64,000 bases of DNA from contig JBCNUX010000003.1 in assembly GCA_039630485.1 (NCBI GenBank), forward strand, positions 2,509 to 66,508, read 5' to 3'. The notes under the pieces were generated by a model. That model was not told the DNA's origin and did not search any database. It saw only the letters and a program-made list of their open reading frames with translations. The position numbers and the translations under genes were made by a program. This DNA comes from Chlorobiota bacterium (GTDB taxonomy: Bacteria; Bacteroidota; Ignavibacteria; Kapaibacteriales; HRBIN21). The first letter of the stretch is position 1, and every line of letters starts with the position of its first letter. Of this stretch, positions 45,886 through 55,328 are shown piece by piece.

Positions 45886-47675
45886 GCTGATGTCGTTCCC
45901 ACGCGCTGGTGCTGAAGTTGTTCTAACCGGGTGCCGGGGATAGCAGCAATGAGGGTCTTCGTGTAGTCGTGCCGTGGGTTCCGGTAGAGTTCTTCGGCGT
46001 CGCCAATTTCCACGATGCGTCCAGACTGCATGACGGCGATTCGATCGCTGATGAACTTGACGACGCTCCAGTCGTGGGTGATGAAGAGGTAGGTTAGCCC
46101 GAACTCCTCACGCAGCTCGACCAAGAGGTTGAGTACTTGGGCCTGGACGGAGACATCGAGGGCTGAGACGGGCTCATCACAGACGATGAAACGGGGCTGT
46201 ACGGCGAGGGCCCGAGCGATGACGAGGCGCTGGCGCTGGCCGCCGGAGAATTCGTGTGGGTAGTGCCAGAAGTAGCGTGGTTCTAAGCCAACTCGGTGGA
46301 GGAGCCAGAATACATACTCACGGCGCTCGCGGTCTGAGTCGAAGAGCTGGTGGACCCGCAGGACCTCCATGAGAGCGCTGCCGATTGAGAGCCGAGGGTT
46401 AAGTGAGGCATAGGGGTCCTGGAAGATAATCTGCATCTGACGTCGGAGGGCTTTCAGCTCTGTTGGCTTAAGGGCAAGAAGGTCCTGCCCGTTGAAGAAA
46501 ACCCTTCCGCCTGTGGGCTCGACGAGGCGTAGGATAGCGCGCCCGGTGGTCGTCTTACCGCTGCCAGATTCGCCCACGAGCCCCAGCGTCTCTCCCCGGC
46601 GGATCGAGAAGGAGACCCCATCAACGGCCTTGACGAAGCCACGGATTCTGCTGAATAGACCTTTGCGGATTGGGAAGTAGACGCGCAGGTCCTCTACCTC
46701 CACCAGCGGGGCTTCTCCAGCTATGGCGGCAGTGCGAGCGGCCAGCTCCTCAGGACGGAGGGTGAGGGAATCGACGTGCTCTTGGACGCTGATATGGAGC
46801 CGTTCCCGAATAGTGCCATCCGGCAGCTCCTCCATGAAGTCTCGCACTGTTGGAAGCCGCCGTAGCTTCCGGTCTAACCGTGGCCGACACGCTAGTAGCC
46901 CCTTCGTGTATGGGTGCCGTGGCTCTGTGAAGATTTGTTCCAGCGGGCCGTACTCTACGATGCTCCCTCTGTACATGACGGCAACCTGGTCGGCGATCTC
47001 TGCCACTACACCTAAGTCGTGCGAGATGAAGATGAGGGCCATCTGGTGGGAACGCTGGAGCTGGCGCATTAGCTCAAGGATTGTCGCTTGGACGGTCACG
47101 TCCAGCGCTGTTGTGGGTTCGTCAGCAATCAGGATGTCCGGCTCACAGCTCATCGCCATGGCAATCATGACACGCTGCTTCTGCCCGCCTGAGAGCTGGT
47201 GGGGATAGCTTTGGGCGATGAGCTCCGGGTCTTGCAGCCCAACTTCAGCGAACAGCTCCAGCGCACGCTGGTATGCCTCCTGACGGCTCATGGAGCGGTG
47301 GAGCATGAGGGCCTCTACGACCTGGTCCCCGCAGCGGAAGACGGGATTCAGGGAGGTCATGGGCTCCTGGAAGATCATGGCAATGCGGTCACCACGGTAC
47401 TGCTGCATCTCGCGCTCTGGTAGAGAGAGGAGGTCTACAACCCGGCCGTCCTGGTGGTGGAAGAGGACCTCGCCACTCACGATGCGTCCAGCCGGGGCAG
47501 GTACGAGCCGCATCAGCGAGAGCGCTGTCACGGACTTCCCAGAGCCCGATTCGCCTACAATTCCCAGCGCCTTGCCCCGCTCCAAGCGGAAGCTGGCCTG
47601 GTCCACTGCTCGGATTGCATACTGCTCCGAGCGAAATTCCACCGTTAGGTCTCGGACTTCCAACACCGTTGGCAT
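45882..47675 (-). CDS. tandem-ATPase ABC protein (two fused DppD/DppF-type nucleotide-binding domains)
   Basis: Two complete NBDs: GESGSGKSV…LSGGQKQR…ADEPTTALD, and GESGSGKTT…FSGGQRQR…CDEPVSALD. The ATG at 47675 is preferred to the GTG at 47705. Confidence 0.85.
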   Translation of the reverse strand: MPTVLEVRDLTVEFRSEQYAIRAVDQASFRLERGKALGIVGESGSGKSVTALSLMRLVPAPAGRIVSGEVLFHHQDGRVVDLLSLPEREMQQYRGDRIAMIFQEPMTSLNPVFRCGDQVVEALMLHRSMSRQEAYQRALELFAEVGLQDPELIAQSYPHQLSGGQKQRVMIAMAMSCEPDILIADEPTTALDVTVQATILELMRQLQRSHQMALIFISHDLGVVAEIADQVAVMYRGSIVEYGPLEQIFTEPRHPYTKGLLACRPRLDRKLRRLPTVRDFMEELPDGTIRERLHISVQEHVDSLTLRPEELAARTAAIAGEAPLVEVEDLRVYFPIRKGLFSRIRGFVKAVDGVSFSIRRGETLGLVGESGSGKTTTGRAILRLVEPTGGRVFFNGQDLLALKPTELKALRRQMQIIFQDPYASLNPRLSIGSALMEVLRVHQLFDSDRERREYVFWLLHRVGLEPRYFWHYPHEFSGGQRQRLVIARALAVQPRFIVCDEPVSALDVSVQAQVLNLLVELREEFGLTYLFITHDWSVVKFISDRIAVMQSGRIVEIGDAEELYRNPRHDYTKTLIAAIPGTRLEQLQHQRVGTTSA

Positions 47676-47723
47676 GCGTCGAGCTCCAAACACGTGGAAG
47701 CGCACAAACTTAGGAACCGCTGG

Positions 47724-48278
47724 CTACCGTGGTAGCATGGGGGACCGGATGGCAGCGCAGGTGGCTAAGGGTAGATACCGCGACTGCGGGAACTCGCGGC
47801 GAAGCTGGGAGAAGAACTCCTGAGCCCTGAGCAGGTCACTCTCTGCGCATGCCAGATGTCCGAGGCGGAGCAACAGTCGTTCTCGCAGAGAAGGCCTGCT
47901 GTCGGGCTGCCGCAGAAGGTGCTTGTACGTTGAGCGTGCTTCCGAAAGCCGGCCTAATGCTGCCATACACTCGGCGACGTGGAAGAGGGCTTCGTCAGCC
48001 AGAGAATCAGGCAGTACAGAGAGGACCGTGAGACGCTGCAACAGCACCAGTGCAGAGTCGTACTCCTCTCGTTGGAAGAGCCGCAGAGCTTCAGCATACG
48101 TTGTCAGTGGCGTGCCGGTAGGGACTACTCCTGCTGCTACGACGAGCGTGTCGCTGAACCGCTGTAGGGTAGTAGGAGCCGCGGGAGCCTGCGCTAGGCT
48201 GCGTGCAGCGAAGAGGGATGGGCGCACGGGAGAGACTTGGAGACCAGTACACCCAAGGCACACGGCACACAGCAACAC
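47724..48278 (-). CDS. TPR-like lipoprotein (YbgF-like?)
   Basis: N-terminus LLCAVCLGCTG (lipobox-like), then helical repeats (EALFHVAECMAALGRLSEARSTYKHLL). GTG start. Confidence 0.5.
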   Translation of the reverse strand: MLLCAVCLGCTGLQVSPVRPSLFAARSLAQAPAAPTTLQRFSDTLVVAAGVVPTGTPLTTYAEALRLFQREEYDSALVLLQRLTVLSVLPDSLADEALFHVAECMAALGRLSEARSTYKHLLRQPDSRPSLRERLLLRLGHLACAESDLLRAQEFFSQLRREFPQSRYLPLATCAAIRSPMLPR

Positions 48279-48309
48279 TATCAGCTGCCGTAGACGCAGT
48301 GCAGGGGCG

Positions 48310-48843
48310 TCAGCGGAAGTAGTACATCAGCCCGAATTGGGGTAGCGGGAGCACCTGCAGAGCATCGCCGTTCGTGTAGGCAGTAATCGCGAGCTCAGCC
48401 CCTAAGGCCAGGAGCTCGACAAGGAAGACCTCAGCCCCTAGCCCCGCTCCGAACCGGACTGGCCAGATTGGCTCTGGCTTGGAGTCCGTCGTGTGCGAGT
48501 AGTAGCCCAGCCCAGCTAAGAGGTAGGTCCTGTAGCCGGAGGTAGCGCTGAGGCGATAGTGGACTTCGCCACCGAGGCACCAGAAGCTGGTTTTCTTCAG
48601 CTTAAGGATGCCAGCGTTGATCTCCCCTCCCCACCGAACTGGCGAGGAGATTCGGAAACTCAGTCCTATGCCGCTCATCCAGCCAATCTGGAGTCCAGCG
48701 CCGTAGTAGGTATAGAGCTCAAACGGGTCTGCTGCTGTCACCGGCCGGGGTGGGCGACCATCCTGTGGCTCTACGCGGTACTGCGGGATTTGCTGAGCAA
48801 TGGCACTGCCGAGTGTCACGAGAACAAGGCAGAGGAGGCGCAT
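48310..48843 (-). CDS. small outer-membrane beta-barrel protein
   Basis: Signal peptide MRLLCLVLVTLGSAIAQQ, alternating aromatic/Gly-rich beta-strand pattern, and a C-terminal …GLMYYFR. Confidence 0.6.
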   Translation of the reverse strand: MRLLCLVLVTLGSAIAQQIPQYRVEPQDGRPPRPVTAADPFELYTYYGAGLQIGWMSGIGLSFRISSPVRWGGEINAGILKLKKTSFWCLGGEVHYRLSATSGYRTYLLAGLGYYSHTTDSKPEPIWPVRFGAGLGAEVFLVELLALGAELAITAYTNGDALQVLPLPQFGLMYYFR

Positions 48844-48845
48844 TG

Positions 48846-49691
48846 CTACGACATCTGAGGTGTGTGAGACTTACTCTTCTCGGGCTTCCACCAGGTGACG
48901 TCAACAACGTTCTCGCCCCCGTCGGCAGCAATAACTGCGCCGTTAATCCAAGCTGCTTCAGGACGGACCAACAAGGTGACGATGCGGGCGACGTCTTCTG
49001 GGGTTGTCAAGCGATGGTACGGATTGCGTCCGATGGCGTTCTCTATGAGGATCTCATGCCCGGGGATACGCCGCAGGGCAGGAGTGTCGGTGACACCGGC
49101 CCGGATAGCGTTCACTGTGATGCCATGAGGAGCCAGCTCCAAAGCCAGTTGTCGAACATACGCCTCCAGCGCAGCCTTTGCTGCAGAGACTGCTCCGTAC
49201 ATCGGAATGGCGCGTTCGCTGCCGGCACTCGTCATAGCTAGGATCCGACCCCCAGGACCGATGAGCGCTTCCCGGATGAGGTCTTGGGTCCAGTAGACGA
49301 GGCTGTTCGCCATCACATCCAGCGTCATTTCGAGCTGCTTCTGGCTGATGCTCTCCTGTGGGGGTTCGGCAACGAGGGGGAGGAGCGTACCGAACGCCAG
49401 AGAGTGTAACAAGACACGGACAGTCGCTCCGGGGTAGAGGCTGAACTCCTGCTTCAGTGCCTCTACGACTGTCCGGCGACAGGTGGGATCGGCCGCATTC
49501 TGGTTGAAGAAGAGGACGCGAACACCGTAGGCTTGGAGCTGAGCTTTGAGCTCTTCGACCTTGGGCAGGGTTACAGCTCGGTCCAAGTGGACTCCGACAA
49601 TATGGTATCCCTCGCGAGCTAGGGCCAGTGCAGTGGCACGTCCGAAACCGCTGGAAGCCCCCAGAATAACAGCGTACAGCGGTTGCTCCAT
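48846..49691 (-). CDS. SDR-family enoyl-reductase-like oxidoreductase (FabL/FabI-like)
   Basis: Rossmann motif ILGASSGFGRA. The catalytic Y-x6-K (YGAVSAAK) is characteristic of enoyl-ACP reductases rather than classical YxxxK SDRs. The ATG at 49691 was chosen. Confidence 0.7.
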   Translation of the reverse strand: MEQPLYAVILGASSGFGRATALALAREGYHIVGVHLDRAVTLPKVEELKAQLQAYGVRVLFFNQNAADPTCRRTVVEALKQEFSLYPGATVRVLLHSLAFGTLLPLVAEPPQESISQKQLEMTLDVMANSLVYWTQDLIREALIGPGGRILAMTSAGSERAIPMYGAVSAAKAALEAYVRQLALELAPHGITVNAIRAGVTDTPALRRIPGHEILIENAIGRNPYHRLTTPEDVARIVTLLVRPEAAWINGAVIAADGGENVVDVTWWKPEKSKSHTPQMS

Positions 49692-49725
49692 CGAACTCCT
49701 TGACAGTGGCACTTCGCAGGCGTCG

Positions 49726-49733
49726 CAAAGATA
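49726..49733 (-). promoter_or_regulatory. -7 promoter box TATCTTTG upstream of SDR gene
   Basis: Exact TAnnTTTG match 35 nt upstream of the ATG at 49691. It is divergent from the uvrA box. Confidence 0.38.
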
Positions 49734-49761
49734 TGAACTCCGAAGGCCCTTTGTGTCGCCT

Positions 49762-49769
49762 TATTTTTG
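49762..49769 (+). promoter_or_regulatory. -7 promoter box TATTTTTG upstream of uvrA
   Basis: Exact TAnnTTTG match 35 nt upstream of the uvrA ATG. The same 12-mer TATTTTTGTGCC occurs at 39574. Confidence 0.4.
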
Positions 49770-49803
49770 TGCCTTTGCAGGCGCTTGGCGCTACTGAGAG
49801 GGA

Positions 49804-52599
49804 ATGGCGGAGCAGCGCTGGATTCGCATCTACGGAGCTCGAACCCACAACCTGAAGAACATTACGCTTGCCCTCCCACGTGGTCGCCTGATTGTCATTA
49901 CTGGTCCGAGCGGTTCGGGGAAATCGTCGTTAGCGTTCGATACACTCTACGCCGAGGGGCAGAGGCGCTTTGTGGAGTCGCTCTCTGCCTACGCCCGGCA
50001 GTTCCTGGAGCGGATGCCACGGCCGGACGTGGAGAGCATCGGAGGACTCCCACCAGCCATCGCGCTGGAGCAGCGTCCGCTACAGCGGAATCCCCGCTCC
50101 ACGGTGGCTACGATGACTGAGCTCTACGACTACTTCCGCCTACTCTACGGGCGCGTGGGGAAGACGTACTGTGCCCGCTGCAACCGACTCGTCCGGCGGT
50201 CATCCCCACAGTCGTTCTCAGAGGAGATTCTGCACCTGCCCGTAGGCGGACGGCTGATTGTGGGATTCCCCTTTCCGGAGACACCTCCTTCGCTGCAGGA
50301 GCGCCTGGAGCGCCTTCAGGCGGAGGGGTTCGTGCGGCTCCTCCATCGTCCGACAGCGGTAATGGTACCGCTTTCGGAGGCGGCCTCTCGGATTAGTGAC
50401 GCGGCCGAATGGGTTGTCGTTGTAGACCGACTCGTGCTTGAGCTTGACGAGGAGACGCGTGCACGGCTCGTAGAGGCCTTGGAGACGGCGTTCGCCAAAG
50501 GGCAGGGACGGGCTATGGGGTACGAGCTCTCTACCCGGACGGAGCTCCAGGCCAGCACTCGGTACGAGTGCCCGGTGTGCCGGATTGAGTACGTAGAACC
50601 TGAGCCTCGGCTCTTCTCCTTCAACAGCCCCTTGGGGGCCTGCCCGACCTGCCAGGGGTTTGGACGAACGATTGGGATTGACCCAGAGCTCGTCATCCCC
50701 GATAAGCGTCGCTCCCTGCGGGATGGAGCTATCCATCCTTTTCGGACCCCCGCGTATGCGCACCATCTCCGGCGGCTCCTAGCGATTGCTCCGAAGTATG
50801 GCATTTCCCCAGACGTCCCCGTGGAGCAGCTTACCCCCAAGCAGTGGCGCATCCTCTGGGAAGGTGCTGATGGCTACATTGGGCTGAACCGCTTCTTCGC
50901 TCAGTTGGAGGAGCAGACGCAGAAAGTACAGGTGCGGGTACTGCTGAGCCGTTACCGTGGCTACACGCGCTGTCCAGCCTGCGGGGGCTCGCGACTGCGG
51001 ACCTCTGCGCGTCGAGTCGCCGTTGGCGGGAAGTTCTTCCCAGAGCTCATCACGATGGACTTGGCATCGGCGCTGGGGTGGTTTCTGCAGCTCCAGCTTT
51101 CGCCGGCTGAGGAGGCCGTCGTCGGGGCCGTGTTGGCAGAGATTCGTCGCCGGCTGCAGGTCTTGGTGGACATTGGGCTAGGGTACTTGACGCTGGATCG
51201 GCTCTCCCATACGCTCTCCGGTGGGGAGGTACAGCGAATCCAGTTAGCGACGGCCCTAAGCTCGGCGTTGGTGGGTACGCTCTACGTGTTGGATGAACCC
51301 AGCATTGGACTCCATCCGCGGGACACGCAGCGGCTTCTGCACATCCTCTTCCGTCTGCGCGAGCTGGGCAACACAATTGTCGTGGTGGAGCATGACCCAG
51401 ACATCATTCGCCATGCCGACTGGGTTGTGGAGCTTGGTCCGGGCGCCGGAGAACACGGCGGACAGGTCGTCTTCCAGGGAACCGTAGAGGAGCTGCTCCG
51501 GGCTGAAACGTTGACGGGGCAGTACCTTTCCGGCCGCCGCCAGGTGGATTCCAACAAGAGGGGGCGTCGTACGCCCAGAGGCTGGCTCCGGATTCGGAAG
51601 CCGATCGCCAACAACCTCAAGGGGGAGGATGTCGAGCTGCCCTTGGGCTGCTTGTCGGTGGTGACAGGCGTCTCCGGGTCGGGCAAGAGCACGCTAGTCT
51701 ACGATGTCCTCTACGCTACGCTGCGCCGCCTCAAGGGACTGCCGGCGGAGGGGAGCGGCAGTTGCGCTGGTATAGAGGGTGCGGAGGCGATCGACCACGT
51801 GGTGCTCATTGACCAAGCTCCGCCAGGGCGTTCCAGCCGTTCCACACCGGCAACCTACACGAAGGCCTTCGATGGCATCCGAGAGGTCTTCGCCACTACA
51901 GACTACGCGCGGCAGCGGGGCTGGACTCCAGGCTACTTCTCCTTCAACGTCCCCGGAGGACGCTGCGAAAGCTGCCAGGGTGAGGGGATTGTGTGGGTAG
52001 AGATGCAGTTCCTCTCCGACCTCCCCCTGGAGTGCGACGCTTGCCGCGGGACTCGCTACAAGAGCGAAGTCCTGCAGGCCCGCTACCGGGGCAAGTCCAT
52101 CGTGGACGTGCTCCAGATGACCGTGGACGAAGCAGTGGAATTCTTCGCCGAGCATCGACGGATCGCGGAGCGTCTCCTGCCGCTCCAGCAGGTTGGATTG
52201 GGGTACCTACGGCTTGGGCAGCCCACGACGATGCTCTCTGGTGGGGAAGCACAGCGGCTGAAGCTGGCTTCCTACCTGCTAGAGGAAGTCTCCGGGCACG
52301 TGCTCTTCTTGCTGGACGAGCCTACTACAGGGCTTCACCTCTGCGATGTAGAGCGGCTGCTAACCGTCCTGCAGCGGCTCGTCGATGCTGGACATACAGT
52401 CGTGGTCATCGAGCACCACCTACATGTCATCGCGGCAGCCGATTGGGTGGTGGATTTAGGCCCGGAGGCGGGGGATGCCGGGGGACATGTCGTTGTGATG
52501 GGGCCTCCGGAGCGGGTGATGCGCCATCCAGGCTCGCATACGGGGACAGCGTTGCGTGCATTCATGGGCAAGCGGGCACTTGCGCATGCAGCCTCGTAG
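49804..52599 (+). CDS. uvrA: excinuclease ABC subunit A
   Basis: 931 aa. Two ABC modules (GPSGSGKSS; GVSGSGKST), zinc-finger Cys clusters (CPVC…CPTC; CESC…CDAC) and LSGGE signatures. Confidence 0.95.
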   Translation: MAEQRWIRIYGARTHNLKNITLALPRGRLIVITGPSGSGKSSLAFDTLYAEGQRRFVESLSAYARQFLERMPRPDVESIGGLPPAIALEQRPLQRNPRSTVATMTELYDYFRLLYGRVGKTYCARCNRLVRRSSPQSFSEEILHLPVGGRLIVGFPFPETPPSLQERLERLQAEGFVRLLHRPTAVMVPLSEAASRISDAAEWVVVVDRLVLELDEETRARLVEALETAFAKGQGRAMGYELSTRTELQASTRYECPVCRIEYVEPEPRLFSFNSPLGACPTCQGFGRTIGIDPELVIPDKRRSLRDGAIHPFRTPAYAHHLRRLLAIAPKYGISPDVPVEQLTPKQWRILWEGADGYIGLNRFFAQLEEQTQKVQVRVLLSRYRGYTRCPACGGSRLRTSARRVAVGGKFFPELITMDLASALGWFLQLQLSPAEEAVVGAVLAEIRRRLQVLVDIGLGYLTLDRLSHTLSGGEVQRIQLATALSSALVGTLYVLDEPSIGLHPRDTQRLLHILFRLRELGNTIVVVEHDPDIIRHADWVVELGPGAGEHGGQVVFQGTVEELLRAETLTGQYLSGRRQVDSNKRGRRTPRGWLRIRKPIANNLKGEDVELPLGCLSVVTGVSGSGKSTLVYDVLYATLRRLKGLPAEGSGSCAGIEGAEAIDHVVLIDQAPPGRSSRSTPATYTKAFDGIREVFATTDYARQRGWTPGYFSFNVPGGRCESCQGEGIVWVEMQFLSDLPLECDACRGTRYKSEVLQARYRGKSIVDVLQMTVDEAVEFFAEHRRIAERLLPLQQVGLGYLRLGQPTTMLSGGEAQRLKLASYLLEEVSGHVLFLLDEPTTGLHLCDVERLLTVLQRLVDAGHTVVVIEHHLHVIAAADWVVDLGPEAGDAGGHVVVMGPPERVMRHPGSHTGTALRAFMGKRALAHAAS

Positions 52600-53599
52600 C
52601 CTTGGGCGCCTCCTCCGCTGGGGGCTGAGCCTTGGGCTTCTGGGCCTCTCAGTAGTGGTGGCAGCGCAGATTACCGACTGGACTGCCTTCGTGGAGGTGC
52701 TCGGCCGAACGGCGTATGAATGGCTGTGGGTGTTCCTGCCGGTCATTCTTGGGGCCCATCTCCTGCGGGCGTGGCGGTGGCAGCTCTTGGTGCGAGCAGC
52801 GCTGGGTCGGCTGCCGGGCCTAGGGAATGCTTTCTCCGCCGTGATGGTTGGCTATGCCGTGAATTCGATTGTGCCGAGGGCAGGTGAGCTGGTCCGCCCC
52901 TACGTCCTGAGCCGTCGTGAAGGGCTCTCGCTAGCGACGCTCCTCTCTACGGTCGCCGTTGAGCGGCTGCTCGACGTTGCTACACTGGCACTTCTACTCC
53001 TCGTTGCGAGCACGTTGTTCGCCGAGAGGCTCACTAGCATCGTGGAGAGGTCCGGTGGGGTCAGCTCGGTGCTCGTGAGCTTAGGGGTATTGGCCCTTGT
53101 GGTTGCAGCTCTGGTGAGCATCCGGCGTTGGGGAGGGTGGTTGCTACGGTGGATGCATACTCGGCTTCCTAGCACGGTGCAGCGAGGCAGCAAGCTCCTT
53201 CAAGAACTCGCTGCTGGGGTAGCTGTACTCCGGCAGCCCCGCCTGTACGTGCCGCTATTGCTGCAGACTCTGCTGCTGTGGTTCAGCTACTGGGCGCCGC
53301 TGTACGGGCTCTTCTGGGTCTGCTCGTTGCCACTCGGTCCGGCTGAGGCGTTTCAGGTTCTAGTGGTCTCTGCAGTAGCCATCTCAATAGCCCCGACCCC
53401 ATCAGCGGCAGGGGTCTACCATGTGGCCGTCCAGCTCGCATTGGTGGAGCTCTTTGCCATACCGCCGGCGGAGGCACTGGCCTATGCTGTGATTGCCCAT
53501 GGACTCAACACAGCAGTTGCTCTCGTCGTCGGGGGACTCTGTTGGCTGTGGGAGCAGCTCCGGCCAGTGGGGGCAAAGCTTGCTACGGGGCCGGACTAG
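52586..53599 (+). CDS. flippase-like / lysylphosphatidylglycerol-synthase TM-domain (UPF0104) membrane protein
   Basis: About eight TM helices. …HLLRAWRWQLL… and …VPRAGELVRP… motifs are typical of this family. The ATG at 52586 overlaps the uvrA 3' end by 14 nt. Confidence 0.65.
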   Translation: MQPRSLGRLLRWGLSLGLLGLSVVVAAQITDWTAFVEVLGRTAYEWLWVFLPVILGAHLLRAWRWQLLVRAALGRLPGLGNAFSAVMVGYAVNSIVPRAGELVRPYVLSRREGLSLATLLSTVAVERLLDVATLALLLLVASTLFAERLTSIVERSGGVSSVLVSLGVLALVVAALVSIRRWGGWLLRWMHTRLPSTVQRGSKLLQELAAGVAVLRQPRLYVPLLLQTLLLWFSYWAPLYGLFWVCSLPLGPAEAFQVLVVSAVAISIAPTPSAAGVYHVAVQLALVELFAIPPAEALAYAVIAHGLNTAVALVVGGLCWLWEQLRPVGAKLATGPD

Positions 53600-54042
53600 G
53601 GGGTGCCTTGGGCCTGCCCTGCACAGAGAACGACAGCCGTGCTGTATTCAGCCCTGACGAGTGTCGGGCGGGTGGAGCCGATAATGAGAGACCAGCGGGG
53701 TCGGGAGCCGTGGTGTATAGAGTTGTCCAGGTGTAAGCTATGGACGGGTGACCTCTAGTGCGGCTGTGGGACACCGGGGTATGTGAGCGCTAGGCAGACG
53801 GCCGCGTGCGGGATGATGCTCGTGCGATGGGCCTGAGGCAGGGGCTAAGACAGTGTGTTGGAGTGCGCAATCTCCGTGTGTCTCGATTGTTTTGATGGGA
53901 GCTGGGACATGGCTGAGACTGTTGCGTGATGTCTGCAGTGGGGCTGTGAAGAGTGCCAGAGTTGTCTCAGCAGGGCTACGTTGCGGGAGGTTGGTTCGTC
54001 TCTTTGCGGTGTCAGTGTGGAGAGCGATTCAGTACCCGGCAG

Positions 54043-54747
54043 ATGCTGCGGCAGCCGACTCGGGAAGCTGTGGAGGCGATCGACCCTGGGAGGGAGCGTT
54101 TCTACGTGAGCGAGATCTTCCACTCCATCCAGGGCGAGGGGAGCCGAGCGGGGATGCCCTGTGTCTTCGTGCGCCTGCAGGGATGCAAGCTACGCTGCGT
54201 GTGGTGCGACACGCCGTATGCGCTGGACCGGCGCGACGGAGGACAGTGGATGACGGGGGAGGAGATTCTGCGGAGCGTGCGGGCATATGGATGCCGTTTC
54301 GTAGAGTTCACCGGCGGCGAGCCGCTGGAACAGTGGGGGAGCTTTGGACTGATGCGGCTGCTATGCGACGAAGGCTACACTGTCGCCGTTGAGACAGGTG
54401 GGCACATCAGCATCGAACCGTTAGATGAGCGAGTCATTGGGATTGTTGATGTCAAGTGCCCGTCCTCGCGTATGACGCCGCTGATGTACTGGCGCAACCT
54501 GGAGCTACTGCGCCCACACGATGAGGTGAAGTTCGTCATCGCCGACTGGCGGGATTATGAGTTCGCCTGCCAGGTAATCGAACAATACCGCCTGCCAGAG
54601 CGGACGGCGGCTGTGCTCTTCTCGCCAGCTTTTGGGCTGATCTCCCCGCGGCAGTTGGCTGAGTGGATTCTGCAGGACCGGCTGCCAGTGCGGCTACAGT
54701 TGCAGCTCCACAAGTACATCTGGGACCCGCAGCAGCGAGGGGTATGA
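54043..54747 (+). CDS. queE: 7-carboxy-7-deazaguanine synthase (radical SAM)
   Basis: YVSEIFHSIQGEG…FVRLQGCKLRCVWCDT motif. The ATG at 54043 is preferred to the GTG at 53953. Confidence 0.88.
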   Translation: MLRQPTREAVEAIDPGRERFYVSEIFHSIQGEGSRAGMPCVFVRLQGCKLRCVWCDTPYALDRRDGGQWMTGEEILRSVRAYGCRFVEFTGGEPLEQWGSFGLMRLLCDEGYTVAVETGGHISIEPLDERVIGIVDVKCPSSRMTPLMYWRNLELLRPHDEVKFVIADWRDYEFACQVIEQYRLPERTAAVLFSPAFGLISPRQLAEWILQDRLPVRLQLQLHKYIWDPQQRGV

Positions 54748-55328
54748 GGCAGCCTGAGTTCATCCCAGTCGGTGATGTGCTAGTGGAGAGCTCGATTGCA
54801 GAGCTGCCGTTTGCCTGCGATGTAGAGCGCTGCCGTGGTGCTTGCTGCACAGTGTCGGGGTCTTTGGGGGCCCCGCTGCTGGAGGAAGAGGTGTCGATAG
54901 TGGAATCACTCGTCCCTCTGCTACTGCCGCGCCTGCCAGCGGAGGCACGGCGGGTGCTCCAGGAAAGCGGGGCGGTGGTGCGGCAAGAGGGACAGTTCTA
55001 CACCCGCTGCGTTGGGGAGGGCGCGTGCGTCTTCGTAGTGTGGGAGCGAGGAATTGCTCGCTGCGCCATAGAGCAGGCCTACGAGGAAGGCCTCAGCTCG
55101 TTTCGGAAGCCCCTCTCATGCCACCTCTTTCCGCTCCGCTTACGTCAGCGCCATGGTCAGCGCTACTTGGTGGCTGAACCTTTCGAGGAGTGTGCTCCAG
55201 CGTACGATCACGGGCGCCGTTGCGGTACGACGGTTGTGGCGTCGGTGGCGGAGGCGCTGGAGCGGGCCTTTGGGAGAGAGTGGTGTGAGCGGCTACAGCA
55301 GGTGCTTGTGGAGGCGTCTGCACCATGA
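54744..55328 (+). CDS. DUF3109-family Cys-rich protein
   Basis: …FACDVERCRGACCTV…GAPLLEEE… and later CAIE…SCHLFPLRL resemble Bacteroidota DUF3109 proteins. The ATG overlaps the queE stop (ATGA). Confidence 0.65.
   Translation: MRQPEFIPVGDVLVESSIAELPFACDVERCRGACCTVSGSLGAPLLEEEVSIVESLVPLLLPRLPAEARRVLQESGAVVRQEGQFYTRCVGEGACVFVVWERGIARCAIEQAYEEGLSSFRKPLSCHLFPLRLRQRHGQRYLVAEPFEECAPAYDHGRRCGTTVVASVAEALERAFGREWCERLQQVLVEASAP

Noticed and set aside
53560-53880. Possible RNase P RNA. There are colinear short resemblances to type-A RNase P segments: CCGGAC…TAGGGGGTGCC versus GUCCGGGCU…UAGGGCAGGGUGCC, CACAGAGAA versus the J11/12 region, GATAATGAGAGACCAGC versus GGUAAGAGCGCACC, and GGTGTAAGC versus GGAGCAAGGC.
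   Set aside because: The near-invariant P4 elements are absent: there is no GAGGAAAGUCC and no ACAGAACCCGGCUUA. The 5' part lies inside a CDS. The proposed P4 strands cannot pair, and there is a ~45-nt insertion where none is expected. I treat this as chance similarity in GC-rich sequence unless cmsearch with RF00010 says otherwise.
53953-54042. A longer queE ORF starting at the GTG at 53953, and a preQ1 riboswitch upstream of queE.
   Set aside because: The 30 extra codons (VPELSQQGYVAGGWFVSLRCQCGERFSTRQ) have no QueE counterpart. QueE homology begins right after the ATG at 54043. No preQ1-I/II/III consensus (for example the A-rich tail …AAAAAACUA) is visible.
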